Of a DNA stretch of 64,000 nucleotides, positions 61,726 through 64,000 are shown piece after piece (positions within the stretch are counted from its first letter, which is position 1; each line of letters starts with the position of its first letter). Location of the stretch: positions 352,001 through 416,000 of the forward strand of contig CBDAOY010000006.1 in the NCBI GenBank assembly GCA_965198225.1, in the 5' to 3' direction. Source of the stretch: Terriglobia bacterium. GTDB lineage: Bacteria > Acidobacteriota > Terriglobia > 20CM-2-55-15. Under the pieces are notes generated by a model. It did no database searches. It saw only the letters and a list, made by a program, of their open reading frames with translations, and was not told the origin of the DNA. Both the position numbers and the translations under genes were made by a program.

Positions 61726-61910
61726 GCCTTGAGCAAAATTATGTTGGGGGATTTGGCAAGTGAGTCAGTGGTTGCAATCACTTACACCGGACCCCCAACA
61801 TATCCGAGTTCCCAACATTCTGCGAATCATGTTGGTGCCAACATGATTCGCACCCGCTGGGGAATGGCGCCTTTCACGGCGCACCGGAACCTGAACGCTA
61901 AATGAAAGCT

Positions 61911-61964
61911 GTGCGGTCATAGACCGCACCTACACCTAAAGGGGCGGCCGTACGGCCGCCCTTT
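61911..61964. repeat. REP followed by a bidirectional-terminator-like hairpin
   Basis: gtgcggtcatagaccgcacctac, then aaaggggcggccgtacggccgcccttt. Confidence 0.7.
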
Positions 61965-62058
61965 CCTGTGTGTGCCTCCGAAAACGATCCAGCTGATCGC
62001 GCCGCTTCAAACGACTCGCCCTGACCCCGAGCTCTTCGGGGGCAAACCTGCGCTCATA

Positions 62059-62255
62059 CAAGCTGTGAACGAATGCCTGTTTGAGAATCGGGTGGCGGGG
62101 CTTTTCATGAAGAACCTGCGATCCTCAAGTGTAGGTGCGCTCTATGAGCGCACAAATACCAGCGGGACCACAAAGTTGTGCGGTCATAGACCGCACCTAC
62201 ACGTGAAAAGCCCCGTCACCCGATTTTCCGTTCCCATAATTCGTTCACAGCTTCG
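62059..62255. mobile_element. ~198-bp MITE (family B, copy 2), inverted relative to copy 1, inserted at the TA of a REP
   Basis: gcgctcaTA[caagctgtgaacgaat...attcgttcacagcttcg]TAgagcgcacctac; internal REPIN. Confidence 0.85.
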
Positions 62256-62330
62256 TAGAGCGCACCTACACCCGGCCGTGAAGTTTCGCGGTTCGAAGAA
62301 TGTGCGGTCATAGACCGCACATTCAATCAC

Positions 62331-62362
62331 AAAAAAAGGGCAGCCTTGCGGCTGCCCCTTTT
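62331..62362 (-). terminator. Rho-independent (bidirectional) terminator of the second TonB receptor gene
   Basis: aaaaaaagggcagcc-ttgc-ggctgcccctttt. Confidence 0.85.
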
Positions 62363-62372
62363 GTAAAACCGC

Positions 62373-64000
62373 TCAGTAGACGATGCGCAGGCCTAATTGG
62401 ACCTGGGTCGGGTTGCCGAGCAGCGTGCCGATCGATCCGGCACTGGACCGGTCGACACGGGTTTCGGGGAATCCGAAGTTCGTGTGATCGGTGAGGTTGA
62501 ACATCTCGGCTCGAAGCTGGATGTTCAACCGCTCATCCATCACGTATGTATTCTTCATGACCGACATGTCCCAGTTGAAGAACCCGTCGCTCTCCAGGAT
62601 GCCGCGTCCGGAATTACCGAACGTGAAAGCATCGGGCCGGACGAAACAGCTGGCGTCGAACCACTGGTTCTGGGTCGGATTCGAGAGCGATCCGTCACAG
62701 ACGCGGTTCGGTCGGGAAGTGTTCCCGACATTGGCGACGTTGGCGCCCAGTCGGGGCGTAAACGGGCGGCCGCTCTGCGCCGTGACGATGCCGCTTAGCT
62801 GCCAGCCCCGGGTAAGGGCGCTGTTGCCGCCGGGGATCTCGTAGACGTAGCTGAAGCTGTACTTCAACCGAACGTCGAAGCTGGACCGGCCATACTCCGC
62901 ATCCCAGTTGTAGTGATCCTGGGCTCCGCTCGCGGCACCAGCCGTTCCGATTGCCCTGTTGTCCATCGCTTTCCCCCACATGAAGGAGTTGATGAACGTC
63001 AAGCCGGAGGCGAACCGCTGCTCGACCTTGGTCTGGAGCGAATGGAAGTTGGAGGTACCTGCGTTCTCGAAGTACCCGCCCGATGCGAACGCCCCGAATT
63101 GAGGGAACGGTCGCCGGGAACCGATGCTCCCCGCCTCCGGCGTGAACGGCTGGTTGATCCGGCGGTTTCGTCGACCCTTGAGTGTCAGCGAGCCGACATA
63201 GCTCACGTCCATCATCAGGCTGCCTGCCAGCTCGTGCTGGACGCCCAGGTTCCACTTCTGCGCGTACGTGTCCCGCATGTTCGGATCGTAGGCGCCAGTC
63301 GTCACCGAGCCGGCACGACTCAGCGACGACGGGAACGGAGTCACATCAAGGTCGATCTCCGGAGTCACCACCGGCCCGAAGCTCAGTGACGTGTTGAACG
63401 GTGCGTTCTTCACGCAGCAGAACGACTTGTGACGGTCGTCCGAGTCGTAGAAGATTCCGTAGCTGGCCCGGATCACTGTTCCCGAACTTGCAAACGGGCT
63501 GTAGGCAAAACCCAGGCGCGGCGCGAAGTTATTCTTGTCCGGGTTGGTCAAACCACGGGGCACGACGCCGTCTCCGCCATTCTGGATGACGAACAGGTCC
63601 GGGTCGATCACCCCACGGCCACATTCATCGCCGTAGGCTTCCTGACAGACCACGTGAATCTTGTTGTCCGTGATCGTCCATCCCGAAAGACCGTTCAGCG
63701 CATACAACGGATCGTAGTAGTCCCAACGGATCCCCCAGTTGATCGTCAACTGCGGGCTCGCCTTCCAGTCGTCCTGGACGTAGAAAGCCAGCTCGCTCTT
63801 GCGCTCCCGTCCATACTCGCGCGGGGGTATTCCGGCCGCCGTGATCCCGACCTGAGTCGTTGTGCGGAACGGCACACCCAGCAGGTAATCACCGAACGGC
63901 TCACCGGTGAACCGTCCGTCGAACTCGTAGCGGTTCACCGCGCCCGTGATGTTGTGGAAATCCATCTTCCGGTAGTCCACACCCAGTTTGAACGAGTGGT
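62373..64000 (-). CDS. TonB-dependent receptor, Oar-like (3' half; gene starts beyond the window), close paralog of 51327..54539
   Basis: Open to the window edge (HSFKLGVDYRKMDFHNITG..); same C-terminus LLGNPTQVQLGLRIVY. Confidence 0.93.
   Translation of the reverse strand, partial: HSFKLGVDYRKMDFHNITGAVNRYEFDGRFTGEPFGDYLLGVPFRTTTQVGITAAGIPPREYGRERKSELAFYVQDDWKASPQLTINWGIRWDYYDPLYALNGLSGWTITDNKIHVVCQEAYGDECGRGVIDPDLFVIQNGGDGVVPRGLTNPDKNNFAPRLGFAYSPFASSGTVIRASYGIFYDSDDRHKSFCCVKNAPFNTSLSFGPVVTPEIDLDVTPFPSSLSRAGSVTTGAYDPNMRDTYAQKWNLGVQHELAGSLMMDVSYVGSLTLKGRRNRRINQPFTPEAGSIGSRRPFPQFGAFASGGYFENAGTSNFHSLQTKVEQRFASGLTFINSFMWGKAMDNRAIGTAGAASGAQDHYNWDAEYGRSSFDVRLKYSFSYVYEIPGGNSALTRGWQLSGIVTAQSGRPFTPRLGANVANVGNTSRPNRVCDGSLSNPTQNQWFDASCFVRPDAFTFGNSGRGILESDGFFNWDMSVMKNTYVMDERLNIQLRAEMFNLTDHTNFGFPETRVDRSSAGSIGTLLGNPTQVQLGLRIVY

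Larger units (their letters stand above)
58377..61852 (+). mobile_element. RIT element (recombinases in trio)
   Basis: Three overlapping tyrosine recombinase genes; ~46-bp inverted repeats at 58377-58422 and 61780-61826; TTCGCA repeated at both junctions. Confidence 0.93.
55737..61884 (-). mobile_element. Outer group II intron (IIB-like), 3'-truncated, containing a second intron and a RIT element
   Basis: 5' end GTGCGCCGTGAAAGGCG at 61884; domain I resumes at 58382 (..CCCGCCCGGCAACTGTCGCTCCAGCCGG..GTGAAC..GGGGAAGGC); conserved GAAGCCGGGTAATGCCGGTGGAGGGAAGGG at ~56303-56274; RT ORF follows. Confidence 0.85.

Overview
A high-GC bacterial chromosomal segment. The gene styles (Oar-type TonB receptors, secreted creatininase-like protein, heptamer/REP repeats) suggest Acidobacteriota, which is an inference. 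From left to right: (1) 0.1-10.4 kb is a surface/flagellar glycan-modification island. It holds a Maf/DUF115 protein, three SAM methyltransferases, a polysaccharide deacetylase-like protein and two paralogous GT2 + Cys-His-Asp (transglutaminase-like) units, one fused and one split, each behind a conserved sigma54/IHF/enhancer-like promoter. (2) clpS, a Yej/Opp-type peptide ABC transporter, an A1-type cytochrome c oxidase operon and an ArsR-SRPBCC operon. (3) Accessory membrane and secreted proteins, lysC, gltBD with a divergent LysR, HU, dcd, ubiX, mrp + DUF971, leuB-like dehydrogenase and a PAS hybrid kinase. (4) Two convergent, closely related TonB-dependent receptor genes enclose a pile of nested mobile DNA: a truncated IS5, a group II intron carrying a second group II intron, and a complete three-recombinase RIT element inserted in domain I of the outer intron. 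Intergenic DNA holds GTAG-type REPs/REPINs, a ~198-bp MITE inserted twice at the same TA of a REP, and three ~275-bp CTAG-flanked MITEs with different terminal repeats but a shared internal two-module architecture. Several single-base frameshifts may be sequencing errors. I found no tRNA, rRNA or CRISPR array.
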